Source: a candidate division WOR-3 bacterium
GTDB taxonomy: Bacteria > Hydrothermota > Hydrothermia > UBA1063 > CAJXJZ01
DNA length: 64,000 nucleotides
NCBI GenBank assembly: GCA_026986775.1
Contig: JALSNX010000009.1
Location: forward strand, 54,450 to 118,449
Direction: 5' to 3'
A model generated the notes under the pieces. It saw only the letters and a list, made by a program, of their open reading frames with translations, was not told the origin of the DNA and searched no databases. Position 1 is the stretch's first letter. Each line of letters opens with the position of its first letter. This document shows positions 20,280-29,305 of this stretch, in pieces. The position numbers and the translations under genes are program-made.

Positions 20280-20285
20280 CTCTTT

Positions 20286-20360
20286 ATCGGGGCGAGTGGA
20301 CTCGAACCACCGACCTCCTGCTCCCAAGGCAGGCGCGCTATCCAACCTGCGCTACGCCCC
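20286..20360 (-). tRNA. tRNA-Pro (TGG)
   Basis: The reverse complement reads CGGGGCGTAGCGCAGGTTGGATAGCGCGCCTGCCTTGGGAGCAGGAGGTCGGTGGTTCGAGTCCACTCGCCCCGa. Anticodon loop CTTGGGA. Confidence 0.85.
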
Positions 20361-20371
20361 GCAAGTGTTAA

Positions 20372-20400
20372 AATTATAAACTAATGTGGATGTTTTTTCA
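20372..20400 (-). promoter_or_regulatory. Sigma70-like promoter for the tRNA Pro-Arg-His cluster (TTGAAA-N17-TATAAT)
   Basis: Minus strand reads TTGAAAaaacatccacattagttTATAAT. It ends about 11 nt before the tRNA-Pro 5' end. Confidence 0.55.
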
Positions 20401-20466
20401 AAAAATTAAGCATCCTCTACCCTGTACGTGATATAATGCAGTAAATGCAGAAGGATGTATGTGTTA

Positions 20467-21186
20467 TTATCCTATTTTTTGCAACCTTTCTGTGTGATTG
20501 AATAAAATGATCTCGTCTTCTGTTATTTTTATATAATTTCTCTTAAAAAGCCATTCTCCAGCATTTACATAGTACTTACCATTAGCAATTTTTTTTATCC
20601 CCGGGCTATGAGTATGTCCTGTTATTACAATATCGTATTCTTTAAAAAGCTTCTCTGTCCCTTCTGGCATAAACCCATGTGTACTTCCCTCTACTTTGTA
20701 AGGGGTTTTAGATACACTGTTGGCTATCATGAGCCCAACGTCTGGATGCAGGAGTTTGAATAAAAATCTGGTAACTGGATTACCATAAAAAAACCTTGTT
20801 ACTCTCCCTCTCAATGAGAATACATCACCATGGTGCAAAAAAACCTTCCTGCCCTTCCATTTAATCTGGAGACCATTATATTTTACATCAAATCCGATAT
20901 TCCTCAGATACTCTGTATTATAAAAATCATGGTTACCCGGAACAAAGTAAATTCTATTCCCCTTTTCCATGAAGTTCATAAGGGCGCATAAAACCTTAAT
21001 ATACCTTTTATAAACAACGCTTCTATACTCTATCCAGAAATCAAAAATGTCACCTAAAAGGACAAGGTTTGCATTATCTATTTTTTTTATGAAATCTATA
21101 AAATCTCTCTCGCGCTTTTCTTTTTCCGGGCCTGCCCCAAGATGCAGGTCAGATACCACGATAATTGGTTTCACCTTTCCAAACAC
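20467..21186 (-). CDS. Calcineurin-like metallophosphoesterase (LpxH-like UDP-2,3-diacylglucosamine hydrolase family)
   Basis: VVSDLHLG ... LLGDIFDFW ... GNHDF motifs. No signal peptide. Confidence 0.75.
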   Translation of the reverse strand: MFGKVKPIIVVSDLHLGAGPEKEKRERDFIDFIKKIDNANLVLLGDIFDFWIEYRSVVYKRYIKVLCALMNFMEKGNRIYFVPGNHDFYNTEYLRNIGFDVKYNGLQIKWKGRKVFLHHGDVFSLRGRVTRFFYGNPVTRFLFKLLHPDVGLMIANSVSKTPYKVEGSTHGFMPEGTEKLFKEYDIVITGHTHSPGIKKIANGKYYVNAGEWLFKRNYIKITEDEIILFNHTERLQKIG

Positions 21187-22067
21187 CTCTTTATCTCAAA
21201 CCTCACACCTTTATCGGTTTCATCAAAGAGAAAATTCTTTAAAACATCTTCTCCTGAAAGTTGGCAAAGTCCCCTTACAGCAATTATTCTTGTCGCTGCA
21301 TCTGTATTTTTAAAAGCACTTTTAAAAATCTTCCGTGCAACAAGTGTATCCTGTAAAGAGAGTTTTCTCATCCTCCTGATAGTCTCATAAAAAGCAGACA
21401 AATCGTAAAAATCTATCTTTTGAGTGAGTTTATCTTTCAAAAGTACAAAGGCCGTATCCTTCATGGATGATATGGCAAACAATGCCGCATATTTAACGAA
21501 ACTGTTTGCATCTTTCTCATGCATTTTTTTATACACAGAAGAAATACAGGACTCATAGCCCATGGTGGTTATAGCTGAAAGTGCAGTGACAACTTCTCTT
21601 TGGTTTTTGCTTTTTAATGACTGACAGATATATTTTCCACATGAGGTATCTCCTATTTTTCCCATGGCCATAAGTGCATTCAATTTAACCCTTAAAGATG
21701 TGTCTTTAAGGCTCTTTATAAGATTGGGAATACTCTGGGTGTCCTTCAATTCCCCTGCAAGGTATATGGCGGCAATCTTTACAGTATCGTCGCGTGAAAG
21801 AATATATGCTCTGAGAGAATCCATATATACAGGATGTTTTTCCTTCATAATAGCCTTCAATGCACGAAGTTCAAGCAAACTCTCCGTTTTTATGTGCTTT
21901 TTGAGAACCATCAAAACAGCAGAGTCTCCCATGTTCTTTAATGTATCCCTTGCTGCTTCAACTTCTGAAATAGCGCTTCCCACCCTCCATTTTGATGCCC
22001 TTTTAAAGAGGCTCTCTATTCTGTCAGTTGTGGAAAAAATCATCAATGAGAAAAGAAACCACTTCAT
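21171..22067 (-). CDS. Secreted HEAT-repeat (PBS-lyase HEAT-like) protein
   Basis: N-terminal signal-like MKWFLFSLMIFS. Repeated about 30-aa helical units with LxxLxxD/G patterns (e.g. VRGLCQLSGED, LMAMGKIGDTS). Confidence 0.65.
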   Translation of the reverse strand: MKWFLFSLMIFSTTDRIESLFKRASKWRVGSAISEVEAARDTLKNMGDSAVLMVLKKHIKTESLLELRALKAIMKEKHPVYMDSLRAYILSRDDTVKIAAIYLAGELKDTQSIPNLIKSLKDTSLRVKLNALMAMGKIGDTSCGKYICQSLKSKNQREVVTALSAITTMGYESCISSVYKKMHEKDANSFVKYAALFAISSMKDTAFVLLKDKLTQKIDFYDLSAFYETIRRMRKLSLQDTLVARKIFKSAFKNTDAATRIIAVRGLCQLSGEDVLKNFLFDETDKGVRFEIKRCLER

Positions 22068-23824
22068 GGCCTGTCGTAGAATATCCCTGAATACTTAAAG
22101 GTTCTTATCCCATTTTTTCTTGCTCTATCCATGTAAACGTCTTCGCCATCAAGGTCAAGAAACACTCCTATTCCAATCCTGCCTCTTTTAGGGTTTGCAC
22201 TTCCAACTGCCCATTTTTCGTAGGTTGAATACACGTCATTTCCCTTTATATCACAGAATATACCGACGGAATTATAAAGACCCACTCCAAGCCCGCCCGA
22301 TACGTGATATATATCGTTGCCTGAAAAGTCCATTAAAATTCCCACAGAATAGTCGTGTCCTTCACCCTGAGATGGGCCGAAACGGGAAAAATAATGGTCA
22401 TCTCCATTTAAATCAAAGAGCAAGCCCGCAGAAAGATGGATACCCGCTCCCTGTGCATACTCTGTAGCAAGGTATCTGTCATTGCCATTTAAGTCAAATA
22501 AAAGACCAAGAGATTTCCAGTAACTTGTCCCCTGTGCAAATGCCTCACCTATATACTGGTCATTGCCTCTATCATCAATCAGGATTCCTATACCACCATG
22601 TGCATCAGGCCTTACACCCATGGCAAAACCCTGCGCAAAACTCCTTGTGCTATGTGGCAAAAGTGGAACATGAAGAAACCTAAACCCTGCCCTGTATACA
22701 TCATCACCATTTATATCCTTTAGTATCCCCACACCCCACGTTCCTCCAAAACCCTGCCCAAAATCCCAGATTGTGTAATAATCGTCATCACCTTTTGAAT
22801 ACAGTATGCCCGTTCCACAGAAACCCGCTCCCTCTGAAAAATACTCTCCTTTGAAGATGTTTTCTCCATCTCCATCAAAAAGCACACCACAACCGAACAT
22901 GCCTGCACCAAGACTGATGATTTTTGATTCATAATAATCATCTCCTGAGAGGTCAAAAATAGCATTATTTGAAAAAACAGCGCCCCCAACACTTACATCA
23001 GCACCAATATATCGGTCATTACCTTCAATATCTATTATAATTCCTGATTTAAATGGCTCTCCTTTAGCAATATGATAGACATCATCTCCTTCTGGGTCAA
23101 TCACCACGTATGGAACTTTCAATTGATATGTGTCATTTTTATCTGTGCCAATATAAACGTTAACACCTTTAATATTGAAGTACCCTGAACCCGGCATATT
23201 TTTCAGAATAGAAGGCAGTATATTTTCCAGCCCCTTTACAAAAATAAATCCTGCAAGATAAATTTGCTTCCTTTTCACCTTCTCAAGTAGTTTAAGATAC
23301 CTGTCCATTGGAACTGAATCAATGGTAAAAGGTGTCAATCTGAGAATGCCACGTTTTTTTAGCATGGTGCTATCATCTTCATCAGCAAAAAGATAGGTGG
23401 TCTCAAATAAAAGGGAATCAACCTGAGTTTTGGCAAGTTCTGAAAAAGCGGTGCTGATAAGAGAATCAGAAGTTATAATAAGATTTACGAGGTTATGTAT
23501 GGGGTCAGTCCCATTTAAAACACCTTTTTCTGAAACCCTGAAATCAAGTAATCTGCATAATGATAGATAAATGGAAGTAAGTGAAACTGTGTCACTGAGT
23601 CTATTGATGAGGCTCTCACTTTCCTCTAAAAGAAAAATAGGGTCGCTAATGGCACTATCTATAATAGATATACTGAAAGAATCTTCTTTATAAGTTTTTC
23701 TCTCAAACAGAAGGTCTTTTCTTGAAAGATGAGCAAAAGATAGAGTGCTGTCTAAAGCCCTGTAAAAGCTTTGAGGAATCACGCTGACATGGGTTATGAG
23801 TAGCAAAAGCAGATCTGCCCTCAT
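22064..23824 (-). CDS. Secreted repeat protein carrying about 13 copies of a roughly 23-residue G(N/D)DxY beta-helix-like repeat. Family not recognised.
   Basis: Hydrophobic N-terminus. Recurring units such as AQGxGxxxSxGLLFDLNGNDRY: EGDDVY, EGNDRY, SGDDYY, KGDDDYY, NGDDVY, RGNDQY, NGNDRY, NGDDHY, SGNDIY, KGNDVY, DGEDVY. Confidence 0.65.
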   Translation of the reverse strand: MRADLLLLLITHVSVIPQSFYRALDSTLSFAHLSRKDLLFERKTYKEDSFSISIIDSAISDPIFLLEESESLINRLSDTVSLTSIYLSLCRLLDFRVSEKGVLNGTDPIHNLVNLIITSDSLISTAFSELAKTQVDSLLFETTYLFADEDDSTMLKKRGILRLTPFTIDSVPMDRYLKLLEKVKRKQIYLAGFIFVKGLENILPSILKNMPGSGYFNIKGVNVYIGTDKNDTYQLKVPYVVIDPEGDDVYHIAKGEPFKSGIIIDIEGNDRYIGADVSVGGAVFSNNAIFDLSGDDYYESKIISLGAGMFGCGVLFDGDGENIFKGEYFSEGAGFCGTGILYSKGDDDYYTIWDFGQGFGGTWGVGILKDINGDDVYRAGFRFLHVPLLPHSTRSFAQGFAMGVRPDAHGGIGILIDDRGNDQYIGEAFAQGTSYWKSLGLLFDLNGNDRYLATEYAQGAGIHLSAGLLFDLNGDDHYFSRFGPSQGEGHDYSVGILMDFSGNDIYHVSGGLGVGLYNSVGIFCDIKGNDVYSTYEKWAVGSANPKRGRIGIGVFLDLDGEDVYMDRARKNGIRTFKYSGIFYDRP

Positions 23825-24765
23825 ATTTTTTTAATCCTCGCTATGTAAAATCCTTCCTCAAACCTTGAAGATGGCAGCACCCTGAGAGTTTTTTTAAGCC
23901 TTTCATCAAATTTTTCTCCTCTGTATTCAACAAGGCCATCTTCAAACCCCTTATAACGTTTTATCTCGATATCCAGAATCTCTGCTCTATCCTCTCTCTT
24001 AAGAAGAAAGTCAACCACCCTTTCATTTTCCTCAGGTACAAAGGTGCAGGTTGAATATACCATCTCACCACCGGGTTTAAGCGCTCTGAATCCCGCAAGT
24101 ATAAGGCCTTTTTGCACCCTCTTCAATCTCCTGACCTTTTCATAACTCCACCACTTTCTTATCTCATCCGACTTATACATTGTACCTAAAGCAGAACAGG
24201 GTGCATCAACAAGCACCTTATCAAAGGTCTCAGGGTGCATGAACGCAATTCTATGCCCCTCTGTCATGGTGATAATAACATTCAGCGTTCCCATCCTGTC
24301 AACGTTATTTGAAAGTGCTTTTATTCTATCGTAGTCTATGTCATTGGCAAGTATAAAACCTGTATTTTTCATCATCTGTGCCATCTGGGTTGTTTTTGAA
24401 CCAGGGGCTGCTGCAATATCAAGCACAGCTTCATGGGGCTGTGGATCCAGCACTAAAGGAGGGAGCATTGAACTTGTGGACTGGACATAGAAATATCCTA
24501 AAAAGTGTTCAAGGGTCTTACCTATTTCATATGGTGCTTCAACTATCTCAAGTGCATCCTCATAAAAATCAAGGCTTTTTGTAACAAAACCTTTTTCATT
24601 CAGCCTTTTTATCAGCTCTTCCCTGTCAATTTTCAGGGTATTAACCCTTATTGTATATCTTTTTCTCAGGTTTTCCCAGAAAAGGAGTATTTCTTCTGTT
24701 TTCTCTTCACCGAATAAGTCATGGAAAAAGCCTCTTAATTCTCTGTTTTTACCTATCTTATCCAT
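23821..24765 (-). CDS. NOL1/NOP2/Sun-family RNA m5C methyltransferase (RsmB/RsmF-like)
   Basis: DIAAAPGSKTTQMA (SAM-binding motif I), DAPCSALG (motif IV with catalytic Cys), and TCT (motif VI). Confidence 0.85.
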   Translation of the reverse strand: MDKIGKNRELRGFFHDLFGEEKTEEILLFWENLRKRYTIRVNTLKIDREELIKRLNEKGFVTKSLDFYEDALEIVEAPYEIGKTLEHFLGYFYVQSTSSMLPPLVLDPQPHEAVLDIAAAPGSKTTQMAQMMKNTGFILANDIDYDRIKALSNNVDRMGTLNVIITMTEGHRIAFMHPETFDKVLVDAPCSALGTMYKSDEIRKWWSYEKVRRLKRVQKGLILAGFRALKPGGEMVYSTCTFVPEENERVVDFLLKREDRAEILDIEIKRYKGFEDGLVEYRGEKFDERLKKTLRVLPSSRFEEGFYIARIKKI

Positions 24766-26390
24766 TAATACCTGAAACTTGAGCCACCGATGAACTCTCT
24801 CACGATGGATGTGGGAGGAATTTCATCAGGTAAAAGACCCATAAAATGAGAAAGGAAATTAAGCAATCTGAGTGCTTCTGCATATTCTTTTTCACTTGAA
24901 TCAAGAACTCTCAGGATAGGCTCTGCATATATTTTTAAAACAGCAAGTTCATGGACTAAAGCTGAATTAAACATTACGTCTGCCTCTTCCTGATAGGGGA
25001 AAATCCATTTTTCCTCACCTTTCTGAACCTTTGGCCACATCTGTATGGTTGTTTTTGCGTCGTGCCCCCTGTATTTCATATCACGCACGATTCTGCGAAT
25101 AAGCCTTGTGTCTCTCGTTGGGATTCTGTTTATGGCATCAATATTTAACTGGGTGAGAGCACTCACATAAATTCTGAACTTGTTTTCGTCCGGTATGCCC
25201 TCTGTAAGGCGGGGATTTAAACCATGAATGCCTTCAATTATTACTATATCATTCTTTTGAAGTTTGAGGGGTATGGTTTTGTTTGACCTGTGTCCTGTAT
25301 GAAAATTGAATTTTGGTACCTGAATTTCCTCTCCTTTTATGAGCATGGAGAGGTGCTCTCTTAAAAGTTCATGGTCAATTGCCTCAAAACTCTCATAATC
25401 AGGCTCTCCATTTTCATCAAGTGGTGTTTTTTCACGGTCTACAAAATAGTTATCGGTTGATAATGTAACAGGGTTGAGCCCAACGACTCTCAGGTGTATT
25501 CTCAGCCTTTTTGCAAAAGTTGTCTTTCCAGAGGAACTCGGACCAGCTATTAAAACAACCCTTACACTGTCCTTTCTCCTGTAAATCATATCAGCAATCT
25601 GTGCTATCTTCTTATCATGAAATGCCTCCTGAATCTTGAGCATTTCAGATATTTTCCCTGACGCAATGAGTGCATTTAAATCTCCCACATAGTTAACCCC
25701 AAGTATTTTTACCCATTCCTTTGATTCCTGAAAGGTATGGAATAGTTTTTCTCTGTGAGGTATATCGGCAAGATTATCTGGATTCTTCGGGTCAGGGAGC
25801 ACTATTAAAAATCCCGGAGGGTATGGCTTTATATCAAATACCTTCAAAAGTCCGGTTCTTGGCAGAAGGGGACCTGCAAAGTAGGCAAAAAAGCCATTAA
25901 GAGTATAAATGGGAATGTGATACCTTGAAAGGAATTTAAGGAGTTTTATATCGTCTTCCCTGCCTTCTTTTCTCAACTTCTCTATAACATCTTCCTTTGG
26001 TAACTCAAGTTTGTTTATCTCAAAATCACCCTCAACTGCTTTTTTCATGACCCTCAGCAGGTCGTTCACATATAATGATGGGTCCTCTCCTTCTATCTCA
26101 CCATAGAGCGCATCTCCATAGGAGTGCTTTATTGACAAATGCCAGCTGGGATTTAGCTTTGAAGCTGCGTATGCAGAAAGAAAAGCCAGAGTTCTCTCAT
26201 ACGTTCTCCTGCCTTCTCCTGACCTTACATCAAGGAACTCAATTGTTCCTATATCTGTTTCTACTTCATCCAGAAATCCTGTTAACTGATTTTTTATCAC
26301 AGCACAGGTTATCGGATATTCAATTTTGCCCACTATATCAATAAGTCTTTTCTTCATGCTATGTCCTCCCAAATTTTTTTTCAAGCTCAA
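24765..26390 (-). CDS. Uridine kinase / phosphoribulokinase-family P-loop kinase domain fused to an uncharacterised N-terminal domain of about 260 aa
   Basis: The LIAGPSSSGKTTFAKRL P-loop lies in the C-terminal half. I cannot assign the N-terminal half. Confidence 0.65.
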   Translation of the reverse strand: MSLKKNLGGHSMKKRLIDIVGKIEYPITCAVIKNQLTGFLDEVETDIGTIEFLDVRSGEGRRTYERTLAFLSAYAASKLNPSWHLSIKHSYGDALYGEIEGEDPSLYVNDLLRVMKKAVEGDFEINKLELPKEDVIEKLRKEGREDDIKLLKFLSRYHIPIYTLNGFFAYFAGPLLPRTGLLKVFDIKPYPPGFLIVLPDPKNPDNLADIPHREKLFHTFQESKEWVKILGVNYVGDLNALIASGKISEMLKIQEAFHDKKIAQIADMIYRRKDSVRVVLIAGPSSSGKTTFAKRLRIHLRVVGLNPVTLSTDNYFVDREKTPLDENGEPDYESFEAIDHELLREHLSMLIKGEEIQVPKFNFHTGHRSNKTIPLKLQKNDIVIIEGIHGLNPRLTEGIPDENKFRIYVSALTQLNIDAINRIPTRDTRLIRRIVRDMKYRGHDAKTTIQMWPKVQKGEEKWIFPYQEEADVMFNSALVHELAVLKIYAEPILRVLDSSEKEYAEALRLLNFLSHFMGLLPDEIPPTSIVREFIGGSSFRY

Positions 26391-28083
26391 GCAAAGATAT
26401 TTTGTAAATCAGAGGTCTACCGTGAGGACAGAAAAATGGCACATCACAGGCAAAAAGTTCATCAAGTAAAGCCGCCATCTCCTCACGAGAAAGCTTCTGA
26501 CCTGCCTTTATGGCTGCCTTACAGGCAATTGTCTTTAAGGTATACTGATGCTTATCAGGTAGATTCAGGTCGCTTTGAAGGTCATTTAAAAGGCCTTTAA
26601 ATATATCCTTATCCATGGCATCAAAAACAGATGGTATGCCATCTATAACAATGGTCTTCCCACCAAGACTCCTGAACTCAAATCCCATGGATTCCAGAAT
26701 CGCTCTGTACTCTTCAAACACATCAAGCTCCTCTCTGTTTAGTTCAACTGCCACGGGAAAAAGAAGCCTTTTTGTTCCACTTTTTTTCTTCTTCAACTTT
26801 TCATAGATAATCCTCTCATGAGCCGCATGCTGGTCAACTATAATAATCCCGGTCTCAACCTCTGCAATAATATAAGAATTATGTATCTGAAAGAGTTTTT
26901 CAGGCACATAATATGGAATCTCTTTCTCCTTCCCTTTATCATCAAAAGGCAGCACCTCACCAAATTCAAGCTGTCTTGCTTCATCTCTGAGTTCAAAAAG
27001 TCCCCCATACTCTCCTCTTTCCTCCAGTTTATCAGGAACATCTGCTCCGTGGTCTTCATCCGGCATTTTCTTCGCATTTTCGTCCTTCTTTATGTCACTC
27101 AGAACAATTCTCTCCTCCATAAGTGCCTTTCTTACAGCATGATAAAGTAGAGAAAAAAGCCTCTTTTCATTGTAGATTTTTACCTCTTTTTTCTGAGGAT
27201 GCACGTTGAAATCAAAAAAGTATGGAGGAAGTTCCATAAAGACGAGAAACTCAGGTATAACATTTTCCTGAGCAAAGGCACTTCTTATGGCTATTCTGAC
27301 AAAATCAAGATTAACCCTTCTCCTGTTAACAAAAACACGCTCAATACCACGTTTTCTCGTTGAAAGATACTGGGGTTTTTTGAAAAAGCCATAAATCTTT
27401 ATTTCATCTTCCTCTACAATAAAATCCTTCATCTCTCTAACAAAATCCTCTCCGAAAATACTCATATATCTTTCAAGTTCAATTTCTTTTACAGGATAAA
27501 TTTCACTCTTTTTGTCATCCCATTTTATCCTGAATCCTATGTGAGGAAAAGCAACAAGAAAGTTGTTGATTATATCATTCAATTCCTTTTTAGCCTTCCT
27601 GAGATTTGCCTCTGTGAATTCCCTCCTTACAGGGAAGTTGTAAAACAAATCCTCAACCCTTACAATCGTACCTTTGAAGGTACTGTAAGGCTCAAGGGAT
27701 ATAATTTCCTCCCCTTTATAAGATGCTTTCCATGCTTCTTTGCCGTTTCCCGATATTATTACAAGCTTTGACACCTGAGCAATTGAGTAAAGCGCCTCTC
27801 CTCTAAAACCCAGGGTAAAATCTTTCTGAAGGTCCTCAAGAGATTCTATTTTGCTCGTGGCGTACCGTTTCGTGGCAAGCTCAAGGTCACTTTTTTCCAT
27901 TCCTGTACCATCGTCTTTTACCTCAATAAGTTCAAGTCCAGAATTTCTGATGTGTATATCAATATTCCGGGATTTAGCATCAATAGAATTTTCCAGAAGT
28001 TCTCTCACCACTGACCCGGGAGACTCAACAACCTCACCGGCAGCTATTTTTCTAATAACTTCCTGAGGAAGGAGTTTAATCAT
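26359..28083 (-). CDS. mutL: DNA mismatch repair protein MutL
   Basis: N-terminal IRKIAAGEVVESPGSVVRELLENSIDA GHKL-ATPase signature. Length 574 aa. Confidence 0.95.
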   Translation of the reverse strand: MIKLLPQEVIRKIAAGEVVESPGSVVRELLENSIDAKSRNIDIHIRNSGLELIEVKDDGTGMEKSDLELATKRYATSKIESLEDLQKDFTLGFRGEALYSIAQVSKLVIISGNGKEAWKASYKGEEIISLEPYSTFKGTIVRVEDLFYNFPVRREFTEANLRKAKKELNDIINNFLVAFPHIGFRIKWDDKKSEIYPVKEIELERYMSIFGEDFVREMKDFIVEEDEIKIYGFFKKPQYLSTRKRGIERVFVNRRRVNLDFVRIAIRSAFAQENVIPEFLVFMELPPYFFDFNVHPQKKEVKIYNEKRLFSLLYHAVRKALMEERIVLSDIKKDENAKKMPDEDHGADVPDKLEERGEYGGLFELRDEARQLEFGEVLPFDDKGKEKEIPYYVPEKLFQIHNSYIIAEVETGIIIVDQHAAHERIIYEKLKKKKSGTKRLLFPVAVELNREELDVFEEYRAILESMGFEFRSLGGKTIVIDGIPSVFDAMDKDIFKGLLNDLQSDLNLPDKHQYTLKTIACKAAIKAGQKLSREEMAALLDELFACDVPFFCPHGRPLIYKISLLELEKKFGRT

Positions 28084-29011
28084 CGTTATGCTTCCTCAAA
28101 TACTCCTCTACTCTTTTAGTTGCATTGTATCCATATAGTTTCAATCTAAAATCAAGGGCAAGTGTTTTTATTATGGAACTTATATGTCTTCCCGGTATTA
28201 CAGGAAGTACGACCTTATCTACCTTTACCCCCAGAAATTCAGTTTTTTTTCTTTCAAGGACAAATCGTTCCACTACATATGGTTTTTCAACAAGCAAAAG
28301 CTCTATTACAAGGTCAAGTTTTTTTCTATCCTTCACAGCCCCTATCCCAAAAGTTGAAAATACGTCAATTATTCCAACTCCTCTTATCTCCATCAAATTC
28401 TGAAATACATCTTCTCTTCTGGGGTTTTGTCCCATAAGAGAACCCTTTGGATACTCTATGAGTTTAACTACATCATCGGAAATAAGTGAAAAACCCTGTG
28501 ATATGAGGTCTAAAGCACATTCGGATTTTCCTGTTCCACTTTTTCCCGTAAGAAGAATGCCAAGGTCATATACATCAACCATGGTGCCGTGTACAGTTAT
28601 AAATGGAGCAAGTTTGAAACACAGATAATCATAAAGCCTCCTCTGAAAATAGGGCGTATACTGTGGTGTGGTAAGTATCACTGTCTTTTTTGCAATTCTT
28701 CTTAAACAGGAGGGTGGTCTGTTATCCCGAGTAAAAACAATGGCCGGAACTTTTGTATCAACAAGACTCTTTAATCTTTCACACCTATTATGGGGTGAAA
28801 GGGACATAAGATAGGAATACTCAGTGTTACCGATTATCTGTATACGCTTTTCATCAAAGTGATCGCTGTAGCCCGACAAAAAAAGCCCGGGACGGGAAAG
28901 CCTCTCACTTTCAATTTCTATACTTTCAAGCAGAGACTTTCCCGAATAAATGGAAATTTCAAGTTCTTCGCCGACCTCACGGATAAGGTCGGCAAGACGA
29001 ATTTTCTGCAT
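28076..29011 (-). CDS. hprK: HPr kinase/phosphorylase
   Basis: Walker A LLTGKSGTGKSECALDL and a C-terminal kinase domain. About 311 aa. Confidence 0.9.
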   Translation of the reverse strand: MQKIRLADLIREVGEELEISIYSGKSLLESIEIESERLSRPGLFLSGYSDHFDEKRIQIIGNTEYSYLMSLSPHNRCERLKSLVDTKVPAIVFTRDNRPPSCLRRIAKKTVILTTPQYTPYFQRRLYDYLCFKLAPFITVHGTMVDVYDLGILLTGKSGTGKSECALDLISQGFSLISDDVVKLIEYPKGSLMGQNPRREDVFQNLMEIRGVGIIDVFSTFGIGAVKDRKKLDLVIELLLVEKPYVVERFVLERKKTEFLGVKVDKVVLPVIPGRHISSIIKTLALDFRLKLYGYNATKRVEEYLRKHNDD

Positions 29012-29014
29012 TAA

Positions 29015-29305
29015 TTACTTTCTTTCTCTAAGTTTGTCCTCGTATTTTGTGAGTTGTTTTTTGAGAATATCTTTGAGTTCATCAATAGCCTGATAAAGGT
29101 CCTTGCGTTCAGCCTTAACTGCAATTGTGTTTCCCTTCATTTTTAACACCATCTCAGCAGTGTATCTGCCCCTTAATTCATCTATAATGAGTTCCCCATT
29201 AATTATGTGCCTTGAATATTTATCAAGTCCATCCAGTCTTCTGGAGATATAGTCTTTCAGCGAGTCCGTGAGTTCTACATTTCTTGCCACTATATTGTAT
29301 TTCAT
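29015..29305 (-). CDS. hpf: Ribosome hibernation promoting factor (RaiA/HPF, short form)
   Basis: 96 aa with the N-terminal MKYNIVARNVELTDSLKDYI pattern of the YfiA/HPF family. hpf-hprK adjacency. Confidence 0.9.
   Translation of the reverse strand: MKYNIVARNVELTDSLKDYISRRLDGLDKYSRHIINGELIIDELRGRYTAEMVLKMKGNTIAVKAERKDLYQAIDELKDILKKQLTKYEDKLRERK

Noticed and set aside
20095-20379. 94-aa plus-strand ORF in the track
   Set aside because: The region is fully occupied by three canonical minus-strand tRNA genes (His, Arg, Pro). The ORF is a chance open frame through GC-rich tRNA sequence.
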